Origin: a virus
Reading direction: 5' to 3' (one strand)
Length of the DNA stretch: 64,000 bases
IMG/VR virus record: IMGVR_UViG_3300033997_000406
Span: 20,432 to 84,431 of that record
Made by a program: the position numbers and the translations under genes
In this document: positions 1-9,918 of the stretch, piece by piece
How the letters are laid out: the number at the start of each line of letters is the position of its first letter
Position numbering within the stretch: position 1 is the first letter of the stretch
The notes under the pieces: model-generated
Databases searched by the model: none
What the model was told of the DNA's origin: nothing
Seen by the model: the letters and a program-made list of their open reading frames with translations, nothing else

Positions 1-376
1 AGAACGAGGGAAAGCCATTGGCGTAAACAACTAATGCTTGATCCTCACCAGAGTTACTGATTTTCATCATGGAGTAGTTTTTGTGCTGATCCAGGCTAAT
101 CATGTGTGTAGCGTCTGGCTGGCCTGCTTTTTCATCGGCAACGCGACAAAGAAGCTCCAGCTCTTCTATCAGGCAATTTGCAGTACTGTGGAGCCTCAAA
201 TACAGCTGTGCGATTTGCGCATCACTGAAACGAACCTGACCAGAAAAGCCACCAGCCTCTGAGGGCTCTTTGTGGCCGCTGAGTATTGCTGACGCTTGCA
301 GCATATCTGCCAGTGAATAACCCCTTACTACTTTCGCTTCTTCAGCGGTCGACGTTCCAACCCCTTCAAAAGCCAT
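1..376 (-). CDS. hypothetical protein, runs off the window edge
   Basis: Read by hand: open frame from ATG at 376 (MAFEGVGTSTAEEAK...) to position 1; not in the ORF track. Confidence 0.55.
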   Translation of the reverse strand, partial: MAFEGVGTSTAEEAKVVRGYSLADMLQASAILSGHKEPSEAGGFSGQVRFSDAQIAQLYLRLHSTANCLIEELELLCRVADEKAGQPDATHMISLDQHKNYSMMKISNSGEDQALVVYANGFPSF

Positions 377-407
377 ACCCACCTTGACACAGGCGTCATT
401 TATTTCT

Positions 408-611
408 TTAGCTCGCTGAATATCCACGGTCATCACCCAATAAATTAGCTACAACAGCTTTTTCCACTACATCGTTGCGAATACTGGCTGATTCGCGCCA
501 GCGCCCCTTTCCGTCCATATACTGTGCGTACATTCCGGCCGGATTAATCCGGTGCAAAATATCGCCCACCAAAGCTGAGCGCTCTTCTAAAACTGATTCG
601 ACGTTGGCCAT
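408..611 (-). CDS. hypothetical protein
   Basis: 67-aa ORF with AAGGT RBS. Confidence 0.6.
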   Translation of the reverse strand: MANVESVLEERSALVGDILHRINPAGMYAQYMDGKGRWRESASIRNDVVEKAVVANLLGDDRGYSAS

Positions 612-669
612 AAAATCATTACCTTTTAGAAAATAAAAAGCGCTGGACTATGCCAGCGCCTTTAGGTGC

Positions 670-846
670 TTAGTTCTTCAACTCTAATTTTGCAGTGGCC
701 GCCTGCTCGCGCATGGCCTTCAAACCATCCAGCATGGCAGCGAACTCTGACCAACGCATGGTGCCCTTAATAAACACCGGACGCTTAGTTTCTGCTGCTG
801 CTTGTTTGCTTGATGCAAAAATTGACTGTATTATCTCTGCTGACAT
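670..846 (-). CDS. small hypothetical protein (58 aa, MSAEIIQSIFASSKQ...)
   Basis: Read by hand; GAGGA RBS upstream; below the track cutoff. Confidence 0.55.
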   Translation of the reverse strand: MSAEIIQSIFASSKQAAAETKRPVFIKGTMRWSEFAAMLDGLKAMREQAATAKLELKN

Positions 847-893
847 CGTTATATCCTCATGATCTGCCCGACCATTTGTGTGTTAATGATGAA

Positions 894-926
894 GCTCTGT
901 AGCCAGTTACCAGCTGGCTACAGAGC
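894..926. terminator. perfect 13-bp hairpin between genes
   Basis: GCTCTGTAGCCAG-ttaccag-CTGGCTACAGAGC; no clear U-tract. Confidence 0.45.
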
Positions 927-928
927 GA

Positions 929-1195
929 TTAAACCCCTTCCGAGCCGCCCTTAAGTTTATCCGCGCTGATATTTGCCAACGCTTCATTAAGAGCTGCAAA
1001 ATACTCACTAACTAACAACTCAAGACCTCCTTTTTCATCGACTTCACGTAACCGATTTACATTGTCAATCTTATATCTTTCAATAAGTTGACTCTTCACC
1101 ATTGCTAAGCTCGGCTTCCAATCAGACAGAAAGTGTTTTGCTATCCACGCCTTTATAGCTGCATCAAATTCAAGCTGATTAGTGCTTCCGCTCAT
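929..1195 (-). CDS. hypothetical protein
   Basis: 88-aa ORF divergent from parA. Confidence 0.6.
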   Translation of the reverse strand: MSGSTNQLEFDAAIKAWIAKHFLSDWKPSLAMVKSQLIERYKIDNVNRLREVDEKGGLELLVSEYFAALNEALANISADKLKGGSEGV

Positions 1196-1316
1196 AGCTA
1201 TTTATCCTAACGGTTATCAGTTATTAATTAACCACAATTTGAATTTACACATTGATTTAATAAAAAGCAATGGTAATATTCCATAAATAATCTATTTATC
1301 TTCGTTTTTTTATGGA

Positions 1317-2549
1317 ATGATAGATTTATCAATGAAACAACTTAAGCGGAGCAACGAAATGTCGGGCACTTCACCACAAAAAACTCTAAATCAAATATCC
1401 AACATCGCTCAGCGGCTAAGAGCGGTCATTAAACTAAACAAAGACCACGCACTGAGCCCGGACAGCGAAAGCGGAAAACTGGTAAGGCATTACAATCAGG
1501 CTGAGGCTATAAAAGCCACTGGCGCCCACGCTAAGAACATTGGCCCTTTGTGCGCTCAACTTGGCATTGATACACAGGACGGCAACCGCTGGCGTATCAC
1601 ATTAAAAGACGTTCAGGCATTGCGGGAGTCGCTGGGCTATTTGCCATTTGTTAGAGAAAAGAATCAGAAGCTGCAGATAATTGCAGTGAGTAGCCTTAAA
1701 GGCGGCGCAACAAAAACAACCATAGCGACCACACTGGCTGTTGGTTTGGCAACTGAGTGCAAAACACGGTACCGCGTTGGATTTATGGACCTAGACCCGC
1801 AATCAACAGCAACCAACCGGATCAAGCCAAATACTGACGAGACAATTATTAGTGCCGGCGACCTGCTGAGCGGGCAAGTGCAGCTGGATGAAGGCGAAAC
1901 CTTTGAACAGGCCTGTAAAGCTTCATTCTATCCAACAAACATACCGAACCTTCGGATCCTGCCAGCCAAAGAAAGCGACAGGGAATATGAAGTACTCGCA
2001 GAAGAGCGCAAGGCATCAGGCGGTTATATCGCCTACAAAGACCTACAGAGCATTATCGACGCCGTGGCTGATGACTTTGACATTATCATCATAGATACGG
2101 CCCCACAGTTCAGCACAGCAACGCTGGCAGCGCACTATTGCGCTAACAACCTGATTATTCCTATCCGCCCCTCTGAGGATGACCGGGACGCATCCAGCAA
2201 GTACGTCGACTTCTTAGAGCGCATGTATCACCTACTTGCGGGTATGGGACATGGCGGCTGGGATAACCTCTCTATTCTGCTCAGTGCCATTCGCAGCACC
2301 AGCAACGCACACAAACAAATGGTAAAAGAAATTCGCTCAGCCATTGGTCAGGACTGTTACGCCGTAGAAATACCTGAAAGCGAGGCTGTACTGACGTGCG
2401 CCAAGCAGTACTGCACGGTGTTTGATATGTCAGCCAGCGAGTATGTGAACCTTGGCAGCCGCAACACCATCAAAACCGCACAGACGGAATTCGGCCACTT
2501 CGTGGATGAAGTGGAAGCTCAAATTAAACGCTCTTGGGGTATAAAATGA
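1317..2549 (+). CDS. parA: type Ia plasmid partition ATPase ParA
   Basis: N-terminal HTH region, deviant Walker A KGGATKTT, DLDPQ, IIIDTAP. Confidence 0.93.
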   Translation: MIDLSMKQLKRSNEMSGTSPQKTLNQISNIAQRLRAVIKLNKDHALSPDSESGKLVRHYNQAEAIKATGAHAKNIGPLCAQLGIDTQDGNRWRITLKDVQALRESLGYLPFVREKNQKLQIIAVSSLKGGATKTTIATTLAVGLATECKTRYRVGFMDLDPQSTATNRIKPNTDETIISAGDLLSGQVQLDEGETFEQACKASFYPTNIPNLRILPAKESDREYEVLAEERKASGGYIAYKDLQSIIDAVADDFDIIIIDTAPQFSTATLAAHYCANNLIIPIRPSEDDRDASSKYVDFLERMYHLLAGMGHGGWDNLSILLSAIRSTSNAHKQMVKEIRSAIGQDCYAVEIPESEAVLTCAKQYCTVFDMSASEYVNLGSRNTIKTAQTEFGHFVDEVEAQIKRSWGIK

Positions 2550-3082
2550 GTTCAACCCTATTTGTCTTGCGTGATAGTCGAGGCGACTGCGGCGGTAACG
2601 CTATGTTTTGGCCTACAGGTGGCGGCTATACCACTGACCTGAATAAAGCAGCTCATTACACAAAAGAACAGGCTGAGCGCCAACACAAAACCCGCCCCAC
2701 TGACATACCTCTACCTTTGGAGGCGCTGCAGAAGCTCACACGCATTACTGTAGACCATCAGTATCTACCGGACGAACACAACAACCACTCGCCTGATGCT
2801 GAGTATGTGATCCAGCACTGCAGAATGTGGGACGGCAACGACATCTACTTTCAGAACGATACCAGCGCCAGCAATGGCGATGACGTAAAAACAACAAACC
2901 TTACCAACGCAACCCGATACAGCAAAACCGAAGCCATTAAGCGAGCAGCAACGTTTAACAATGCTCAGATATGGCCATTACAGGATTTGGTTGCGATAGG
3001 CAGACAATCAGTGTCTGCGAAGCGAATAGACACAGCGGCAATGGCTGCACTGTCTGGCATTACAATTTTAGAGGCGGAATAA
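2546..3082 (+). CDS. hypothetical phage protein with two similar halves, between parA and parB
   Basis: ATGA overlap with the parA stop; motif GN.(M/I)(F/Y)...TT.L..A..Y(T/S)K..A occurs twice. Confidence 0.7.
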   Translation: MSSTLFVLRDSRGDCGGNAMFWPTGGGYTTDLNKAAHYTKEQAERQHKTRPTDIPLPLEALQKLTRITVDHQYLPDEHNNHSPDAEYVIQHCRMWDGNDIYFQNDTSASNGDDVKTTNLTNATRYSKTEAIKRAATFNNAQIWPLQDLVAIGRQSVSAKRIDTAAMAALSGITILEAE

Positions 3083-3084
3083 CA

Positions 3085-4080
3085 ATGGCAACGGCACCTG
3101 TACGCAAGAAACTTGAACTACGCGGCATCAGCGCAGACGCTATGGAAACAGCTCGGGCAAATTTCCAATCTATGGCGGCAGTGATAGAGATTCCTATCAG
3201 AGGCGGCAAAGTCGCTACATTCACTCTGGTTGTGGTACCAAGCGATGATATTGAATCAAAGACCTATGTAGCCGGTGAAAACGGTCGTAATCAAAAGCTA
3301 CTGAACAAAGTCTCTGTATCTGACATATCACCCACAATTAAAGCAAGCGGTCAGCAGTTCCCCGCCTTTGGTCAGTGGGACAACGATTTAATCAAAGTGA
3401 TTGACGGTTCACGCAGACGTTTTACGTGCAAAGCGTATAGCCAGCCCTATTACATTTACGTCACCAGTGACCCGATTGAGCGCGCTGACGTTCGCTATAT
3501 CAGCCAAGTGGCAAACATCAGTAAAGGCTTATCCCTGTATGAGAAAGGCTCTACCTTTGCGGCTTTACTTGATTATGGTACCTATGCCGACAATAAGAGC
3601 CTGGCAGAAGGTGAAGGCGAGCACGAAAGCACGGTATCTATTGCTATATCGTCCTTTAGAAACCTTCCAGTGTCTGTTGCTGAACGCATACCAAGCATAA
3701 GCGACATAGGCCGCTCTCTAATGAAAGAACTGATTGACCTTAGTTCTGACACCCGGTTAAGCGTAGAGCAGCGTACAGGCCTTATTGATACGGTCCTAAC
3801 TGATGAATTTAGTTTAGACCAACTAATTGCCGAATCAGGTTCAGAGGATCCAACCGTTTTAAATAACCTCTTTATCAAAAAGTACAAGGCTGCACACGCT
3901 GAGCTGCTTCCAAAAGCCAAGGAAAAAACACCAGCCCCTATTTTGGCTAGCAAAGGGAACACTCAGGCCGTTATCGCCAAGTCATCTAAACGAGGCTTTA
4001 CGGTTCAGATCAACTGCACTGACGCAAAGGTACGGGCTGCTATTGAGGCCGCCATACAGAAAGCGATTGAGGGTAAGTAA
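3085..4080 (+). CDS. parB: P1-type ParB partition protein
   Basis: GQQFPAFG and IDGSRRR motifs, HTH region; ATG at 3085 with GAGG RBS. Confidence 0.92.
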   Translation: MATAPVRKKLELRGISADAMETARANFQSMAAVIEIPIRGGKVATFTLVVVPSDDIESKTYVAGENGRNQKLLNKVSVSDISPTIKASGQQFPAFGQWDNDLIKVIDGSRRRFTCKAYSQPYYIYVTSDPIERADVRYISQVANISKGLSLYEKGSTFAALLDYGTYADNKSLAEGEGEHESTVSIAISSFRNLPVSVAERIPSISDIGRSLMKELIDLSSDTRLSVEQRTGLIDTVLTDEFSLDQLIAESGSEDPTVLNNLFIKKYKAAHAELLPKAKEKTPAPILASKGNTQAVIAKSSKRGFTVQINCTDAKVRAAIEAAIQKAIEGK

Positions 4081-4419
4081 ATGTCCGGACCAACTGAAAA
4101 GGAAATTAACGTCACTTTAGCCAGGTATGAAGCACCAGCAGATCTTGTATTTGACCCTGACGGCCACCCAATGACTCACAACGCCCTGATTAATGAGTAT
4201 AGGGATTTGAACTACTGCAACAACTGGAACCTATTAATGCCGTTGGCCATAAAGCTACACATTGGCTTTGACCCATTGCCCACAGATGAAACAGCACCAG
4301 CGGTAGCCTGGAGTAATGCGGCGGCTATTCAAGTGACTGCAGATACCCACCAACGAGCTATCGCTGAGTGCGCCTATCTAATCGTCACTGAACGTAACAG
4401 TGTGGCACTCACAGGTTAA
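4081..4419 (+). CDS. NinX/DUF2591-like phage protein
   Basis: YCNNWNLLMPLAIK...RAIAEC pattern. Confidence 0.55.
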   Translation: MSGPTEKEINVTLARYEAPADLVFDPDGHPMTHNALINEYRDLNYCNNWNLLMPLAIKLHIGFDPLPTDETAPAVAWSNAAAIQVTADTHQRAIAECAYLIVTERNSVALTG

Positions 4420-4428
4420 GGGCTCCGT

Positions 4429-5628
4429 ATGCAATCCATTGTGCAACAAATTTACGAGCAATCAACTGGGCCTTTAACAAACCAGCAGCTGTATGACGCA
4501 CTGGCAGAACGCGGCTATAGCAAAGACGACTATCAGGAAGTTGGTCAGTCAGGTAAGCGCCACAACCTGTTTTACAGGCGGGTAAGGTGGGTTCAGCAGT
4601 CACTTAAAAAGCGATCACTGGTGTTACGCACAGGCAAGAACGCTTGGGAACTGTCCACCCACAGAAAGATAGAACTGCGCTCCATAGGAGCTGCACAATC
4701 AGTTATAGCTATGAGCACGTCCTTAGGTATCGCTATATGGGGCAAAAGCGAGGTTATTGGTCGCGATGTCATAGACGAACCAGTGCATTTGATTTTGTCA
4801 TCGCCACCTTACCCACTCAAAGTAGCAAGGGCTTACGGCAACCCTGTTATAGATGAATACATCGACTTTCTATCTATGGTGCTTGAGCCGTGGATTGATA
4901 AGCTGGCCCCTGGGGGGAGTATTGCGCTTAACGTTAGCAATGACATCTTTGAGGATGGCTCACCAGCCAGATCAACATACCTTGAAGAAATGACAATAGC
5001 CCTTAAAAAACGCTTTGGCCTGCACCTTATGGACCGTATGCCATGGGTAAGCAATAAAGCACCCGGACCTATTCAGTGGGCCAGCCTTGAAAGAACTCAG
5101 CTAAACGTTGGCTATGAGCACATTATATGGTTCACCAACGACCCGTTTAAGTGCTTTTCTAACAATCAGCGAGTACTGCAAGAGCATTCTGAACAGCACA
5201 AACGACTAATGGCCAAAGGCGGAATGCAATACCACTCAACTGCAGCTGATGGCAATTATGTGAAAAAGGTAGGAGCCTATGGCGCACAGACTAAGGGGCG
5301 CATCCCTACAAACGTTCTGCAGTTCTCCAATTACTGTAAATCCGGACGACAAGTAACTGCATTTGCCAAAAGTTTGGGGATGCCAGCACACGCGGCAAAG
5401 TTCCCTGTATCGCTGTGCAACTTTCTGATTGAGTTTTTAACTCAGCCTGGACAGTTGGTTGCTGATATTTTTTCTGGCACCCTGACCGTAGGGGAGTCAG
5501 CAGAAGGGCTAAATAGGCGGTGGGTTTGCGTTGAAATGATGTGGGAATACATTAAACAGTCATTCCCTCGCTTTGAACGATTCGGGCACGATGTTTATTG
5601 GAACCCTTCATTTTTAAAAGCCATTTGA
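4429..5628 (+). CDS. N4-cytosine/N6-adenine DNA methyltransferase (beta class) with N-terminal Mrr_N-like winged helix
   Basis: SPPY motif, HAAKFP, DIFSGTLT; N-terminal FYRRVRWVQQSLKK...WELS. Confidence 0.88.
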   Translation: MQSIVQQIYEQSTGPLTNQQLYDALAERGYSKDDYQEVGQSGKRHNLFYRRVRWVQQSLKKRSLVLRTGKNAWELSTHRKIELRSIGAAQSVIAMSTSLGIAIWGKSEVIGRDVIDEPVHLILSSPPYPLKVARAYGNPVIDEYIDFLSMVLEPWIDKLAPGGSIALNVSNDIFEDGSPARSTYLEEMTIALKKRFGLHLMDRMPWVSNKAPGPIQWASLERTQLNVGYEHIIWFTNDPFKCFSNNQRVLQEHSEQHKRLMAKGGMQYHSTAADGNYVKKVGAYGAQTKGRIPTNVLQFSNYCKSGRQVTAFAKSLGMPAHAAKFPVSLCNFLIEFLTQPGQLVADIFSGTLTVGESAEGLNRRWVCVEMMWEYIKQSFPRFERFGHDVYWNPSFLKAI

Positions 5629-5850
5629 AAAAAGGACCAGGTATGAAGTACCAGCTTTGGTTAGTGCAACTTAGCTTATTAATCCGTGACAAGTTTCAAT
5701 ACTGTGCAGACTGGGAGCAGTGGGACGAATGGCGCGACTACTTCAATCAAGGCTCTTCACCTGAAGAAGCTTTAAACGAATCGCACAGGCCTGGCTAAAA
5801 GCGAAGTACAGGCCCAGCATTAAACCTTGACAACAAAGGAGCAAGACACA

Positions 5851-6314
5851 TTGAGCGCATTTTTTATTTGGACAGACTTAGAAACAGGCGGCCTCGCTGG
5901 AAAACTGGATAACGGACAACTGGGCTGTAACTACTACCCTATTGCAGAACCTATGGCATTGAGCAGGAAAGTGCTGAGCAAGCCATCTTGGACCACCTGA
6001 AAAGCAACGGCGTCGACGCCTACGACAAAAAAACTAAAACGGGCGGGATTATGGCGGGCAACTCTATAGTGCTGGACCGTATGTTTATTGCAGCACAAAT
6101 GCCTAAATTTGAAAGCTACATGCACTATCGCCAACTGGATGCGTCTGCGCTGGCCATTGCTGCCCGTTATTGGGCGCCAGAAGTGGCTAAAGAAGCTATA
6201 GCGAACAAAGCTTATGGTCATGAAGCGCTGGCGGATATACGGGAAAGCATTGCAGAAGCAAGGGTGTATATGGATATGTTTAAGCTGAAGAGCTTATCAC
6301 CTAATTTATCCTAA
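5851..6314 (+). pseudogene. orn: oligoribonuclease (Orn-like DEDDh exonuclease) with internal deletion and frameshift
   Basis: TTG-started frame has FIWTDLETGGL; a different frame has GNSIVLDRMF, HYRQLD and HEALADIRES; the middle of the protein is missing. Confidence 0.82.
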
Positions 6315-6387
6315 CAGTTAACATTGATTATTTGGTAGAACCCACTATAATCGATAACGCTTTTTGACAGGAAGAAACCTTGGTATT

Positions 6388-6412
6388 GCCCCGCTCCCCG
6401 CGGGGCTTTTTT
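6388..6412 (+). terminator. Rho-independent terminator
   Basis: GCCCCGC-tcccc-GCGGGGC-TTTTTT. Confidence 0.85.
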
Positions 6413-6474
6413 ATTGTCCTGGAACACACTCAGCATTACAATGCGGCTCGCATCAAATAGAAGGGCCAGTATCT

Positions 6475-6678
6475 ATGCTTTCTCTACCATCCATCACCAG
6501 CGGCGGCAAAGACAAGCCAGAGATTTTTACCTCAGCTGGCGGTACATCACTTCCACCAATACCAGGCGATGAGGCCTACACAGAACCAAGCGAAACAAAC
6601 TATGAGTACGCCTATCTTTTTATAGTTTTTGTACTTGTTGCGGTGATATGGCGGGCCTACAAAGGCAATAAGGACTAA
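6475..6678 (+). CDS. small single-pass membrane protein
   Basis: ATG at 6475 with AAGGG RBS; C-terminal hydrophobic YAYLFIVFVLVAVIW. Confidence 0.5.
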   Translation: MLSLPSITSGGKDKPEIFTSAGGTSLPPIPGDEAYTEPSETNYEYAYLFIVFVLVAVIWRAYKGNKD

Positions 6679-6696
6679 CGCTGACTGGCGCCAGCT

Positions 6697-7152
6697 TTAG
6701 TTTGGCTCAATCCAGCCCAAGCTTAATCCTTGGCAACGCATTGCAAATATCTCAAACTCAGACTTATCGTTGTCTGAAAACGAATACCCCTCACCGTAAG
6801 CAATGCCGCGAGTCCCTATCAAAATATCAAACGGCTTAAACCTCTGCACCTTGCAGACATCCCTATAAATCCGTTCTTCGCCCTTTGCAAAAAAGACGTT
6901 CACAAAGGCCGTTGCAACATGACCAGCAGATATAAAGTCAAATAGCTTTGCATAGTCCTGAGACAGCCTGTAACCCTCCTGATCTGGCACTATGACAATC
7001 GGCTTTCCTGATGCGTCAGGTTGAGCCGTTACCTTGTCGCCCTCGCGCAGCCACACTAAAGAGCTACCCTGCTCAGCTAAAGCTTTAGCAGCATCCAGAG
7101 TGAGGCCGCTTATTGTCACGCTGTATAACTGTTCACTTTTCTGATATTCCAT
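6697..7152 (-). CDS. hypothetical protein
   Basis: 151-aa ORF in a tightly packed minus-strand operon. Confidence 0.7.
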   Translation of the reverse strand: MEYQKSEQLYSVTISGLTLDAAKALAEQGSSLVWLREGDKVTAQPDASGKPIVIVPDQEGYRLSQDYAKLFDFISAGHVATAFVNVFFAKGEERIYRDVCKVQRFKPFDILIGTRGIAYGEGYSFSDNDKSEFEIFAMRCQGLSLGWIEPN

Positions 7153-7160
7153 ACTTGCCC

Positions 7161-7424
7161 CTACGGTTTTCTTAATTTGATGTTGTACGAATGCTCAGGC
7201 GGCTTTATCCATGCCCGGTAAAAGAAATTAGGCAGTACTTGGGTGGCGTCCGCCAGCAGCTCTATTTCTTCATTGGTGGGGTAATTGCGGCCTGATTCAA
7301 TGCCAGCCAGGCGAACAGAGTTAATGCCGGTCATGTCCATAAGTTCGTCTAAAGACAGGCCTCCAGCAAATCTGGCGCACTCTAAAGCGCTACCCTCAAA
7401 CTTGTCTGACTGAATAAACGCCAT
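7161..7424 (-). CDS. XRE-family HTH protein
   Basis: GLSLDELMDMTGINSVRLAGIESGRNYP. Confidence 0.75.
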   Translation of the reverse strand: MAFIQSDKFEGSALECARFAGGLSLDELMDMTGINSVRLAGIESGRNYPTNEEIELLADATQVLPNFFYRAWIKPPEHSYNIKLRKP

Positions 7425-7426
7425 GA

Positions 7427-7759
7427 CTACAGCCTTTTTCTGACTTTCAATAGCGCCAAATCCAGCTGAAGCTCGCTTATCTCAGAATCTAGCTCTACCC
7501 TTTGATGAAACAACTTCGGATCACTCTGCTTTTTTGCGTCAGACATCAGCTTCTTTTCCTCTTTGGCCAGCCGACTTAATTCAGCAGAATCTTCCGGAGA
7601 CATTTTTCCGGCCTGCATCCTTTCAACAAAAGGTACAGCACTTCGCCTCAACTCAAACACTTTGCTAAGCGGCGATGACTGCATGAATGCAACCAATTCG
7701 TCTCGCTTCTTACGCCTGACTTCTATAGCTTTCTCAAGGAGCTGAACCGTAATACTCAT
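7427..7759 (-). CDS. hypothetical protein
   Basis: Coupled ORF in the operon. Confidence 0.65.
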   Translation of the reverse strand: MSITVQLLEKAIEVRRKKRDELVAFMQSSPLSKVFELRRSAVPFVERMQAGKMSPEDSAELSRLAKEEKKLMSDAKKQSDPKLFHQRVELDSEISELQLDLALLKVRKRL

Positions 7760-7989
7760 TAGTGATCAATCCTACCCATGCAGCGCTCCAGCATTAATGG
7801 GTTAGCCCTGCCAAACGCTTTAAAATGTTCTGCAGCTACAGTGGCTGACCAGCGCATATCTGCCTGCTCGGATACCAGCACCAGCGGTTCAACACTAATA
7901 ACAACCGCAAACTCATAACGACCGCAACCGCTAGCAAGCTGATATTCAGCGCTCACCGGCTCAACTAAATCACCTACGCTAATCGACAT
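7759..7989 (-). CDS. hypothetical protein
   Basis: Coupled ORF in the operon. Confidence 0.65.
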   Translation of the reverse strand: MSISVGDLVEPVSAEYQLASGCGRYEFAVVISVEPLVLVSEQADMRWSATVAAEHFKAFGRANPLMLERCMGRIDH

Positions 7990-7991
7990 AG

Positions 7992-8324
7992 TTACCTCTT
8001 CGTTTTCTTTGTACCAAGCTGGTACCGTTTAGGGCATACAGTGCAGCAAGCACGTAAAGAGCCTGAGCGAGCTTGTTTCAATGTGCCACCACAAGTACAT
8101 CTACTCTTTTCTAATGCTGGCGCCATTCTTCTGTTTATTTCCTCCACTCTTTTTACTGCCATGTCGTGCGAAACCTTGGCACCATACAAAGCTTTTGAAA
8201 TTTTACTGTACTCTCGACTAATCCAACGGCCGCCACTTTCAAGGTGCAAACCATCACCCATCATGTCGCCTAACTTTATGAGCTGCTGGTGCAGGTACTT
8301 TTTATCTTCGTTATCAGCTTCCAT
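7992..8324 (-). CDS. hypothetical protein with C-terminal zinc ribbon
   Basis: Probable start MEADNEDK overlapping the upstream stop; CTCG...CTVC. Confidence 0.6.
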   Translation of the reverse strand: MEADNEDKKYLHQQLIKLGDMMGDGLHLESGGRWISREYSKISKALYGAKVSHDMAVKRVEEINRRMAPALEKSRCTCGGTLKQARSGSLRACCTVCPKRYQLGTKKTKR

Positions 8325-8922
8325 AACTAATAGCTTCCAAAGGCGCATAGAAAGGGTTTTTGTTGCCAGGCGGGCAGACCAAAGCGACTTTAATAGTTTC
8401 AATAGAGCGAAAGCACCAACCACAGTCACTATCCCAATCGGTCCAGCCATTTTTAAGGGTTCTGTAACCAAGGAAAACACAAGACTCTAACTTGCGTTTT
8501 TCTGCTTTCCACACCTTCTTTCTCCGGGTGCGGCCTTGAGGCACAAATTCGTTTTCTTCTCGCCTAAAATATCTTTGACTAACAGCTACAGTCTGGCCAA
8601 GCTTAAGTGTCTCGCTATCTTGCTTTGCCACTTCAGGCGCTGCTGATTGAGCATCAACCAGAGCTACCGCTTTTTTTATTTTCTGGTTGAAATCTAAGTG
8701 GTCCAAATCCGGATCCGTGCAATTGTCTTTTAGCACCTCATAACCCATAACGATTCTGGCTATTGCACCTGTGCCCATGGCCTCCAATATATTCAGTATG
8801 TGCTTTTGTATTCGTTGCTGTTTGCTTTCACTATTGAGATAGGAATACTCAAGCCTTCCGATATTTCTGTGAAGCATCCACGCAAGCTTTAAATCGCGCT
8901 TTGAGGCTACGGCTAATTTCAT
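8314..8922 (-). CDS. hypothetical protein
   Basis: 202-aa ORF, overlaps both neighbours. Confidence 0.7.
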   Translation of the reverse strand: MKLAVASKRDLKLAWMLHRNIGRLEYSYLNSESKQQRIQKHILNILEAMGTGAIARIVMGYEVLKDNCTDPDLDHLDFNQKIKKAVALVDAQSAAPEVAKQDSETLKLGQTVAVSQRYFRREENEFVPQGRTRRKKVWKAEKRKLESCVFLGYRTLKNGWTDWDSDCGWCFRSIETIKVALVCPPGNKNPFYAPLEAISYGS

Positions 8923-9695
8923 ATAGCCACCTTTCCAATCACGCCATTGGTAGTAAGCACTTTAAACTCAATAACCCACACCCAAGGGTTAGAATCCCAA
9001 TCACCACCGGTTGAACGCCAAAGTGAAGCAAAAGAATCTAATGCTGTATCCAAGTACGACCGGCCGCCAGCTTCATAGCCTGGCCAGACCTGCACACCAG
9101 CCTTTGGAAATGGGCGAGGCAAAGGGAATGAATAAACACCTTCACTTTCAATGTCCTTATCACTAATTGATTGCAGTCGCTCTAATCGTTTTCCGGTAAT
9201 TTCTAAGATAATTCGACACGCCCAGCGCGGCATGTGAATGGATGGACGCCAAGCAAGATCCCCGCCGCTCCAGCCAGCTCTGTAAATAGCAAAATCAGGC
9301 GTTTGTAACTCTGCTGGAACAGCATTTACCTTGCTGCCACAACCAGACCATTCGAAATAACTCACCTTACTGCTATCCCAGGCGGAATGATTGGAAGGTG
9401 GATCAGGGATAAATGCCTCACGAACCCAAAGACGATCTCCTTTACTGCCAAAGGGGCACGGCGCAAACATTTGCATTTCCTCTACGCAAGCTAACTCAGA
9501 CTCGCCAAAGCAACCAAAGCCATATCGACTATCTCTTTGAGCAATAGCCATCCAGTTGTAACGTGCATCATCACTATCATTGTTCTGCCTCTGAGGAACC
9601 TGCCATTTTGGCACCACTCGGCGCGTTGCACCCTTTTTCCCAGCTAAAATTGATTCAACCATCGCCGTATTAAAAAAGATCGGTAACTCTTTCAT
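8919..9695 (-). CDS. ASCH/PUA-like phage protein
   Basis: PIFFNTAMVESILAGKK..TRR, CPFG..GDRLWVRE, PSIHMPRWA, NPWVWVIEF. Confidence 0.8.
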   Translation of the reverse strand: MKELPIFFNTAMVESILAGKKGATRRVVPKWQVPQRQNNDSDDARYNWMAIAQRDSRYGFGCFGESELACVEEMQMFAPCPFGSKGDRLWVREAFIPDPPSNHSAWDSSKVSYFEWSGCGSKVNAVPAELQTPDFAIYRAGWSGGDLAWRPSIHMPRWACRIILEITGKRLERLQSISDKDIESEGVYSFPLPRPFPKAGVQVWPGYEAGGRSYLDTALDSFASLWRSTGGDWDSNPWVWVIEFKVLTTNGVIGKVAI

Positions 9696-9709
9696 ATTGA
9701 GCCTTATAC

Positions 9710-9918
9710 CTAAATAGGAATATCGCTATCTGCATCGACAGCAGGCGGTGCCGCTACCCATTTAAGCAGTGGGTATCTGCCATCAAGGTAGAAACCAGCG
9801 CCAGCAGGTTCTTTTGGTATTTGTGGCATTACAGCAACACACGTTTCGCAGTAACAGCGATAGCCGCCCGCGTTATCCTCTGTCAGGGCGACATCGCACC
9901 CTGGACAGAACACGCCAT
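9710..9918 (-). CDS. small zinc-finger protein (start uncertain, probably [10 protein letters not shown])
   Basis: CPGC...CETC. Confidence 0.45.

Noticed and set aside
4081-4430. P1-type parS downstream of parB
   Set aside because: The region is fully coding and I could not find the box A/box B/IHF arrangement.
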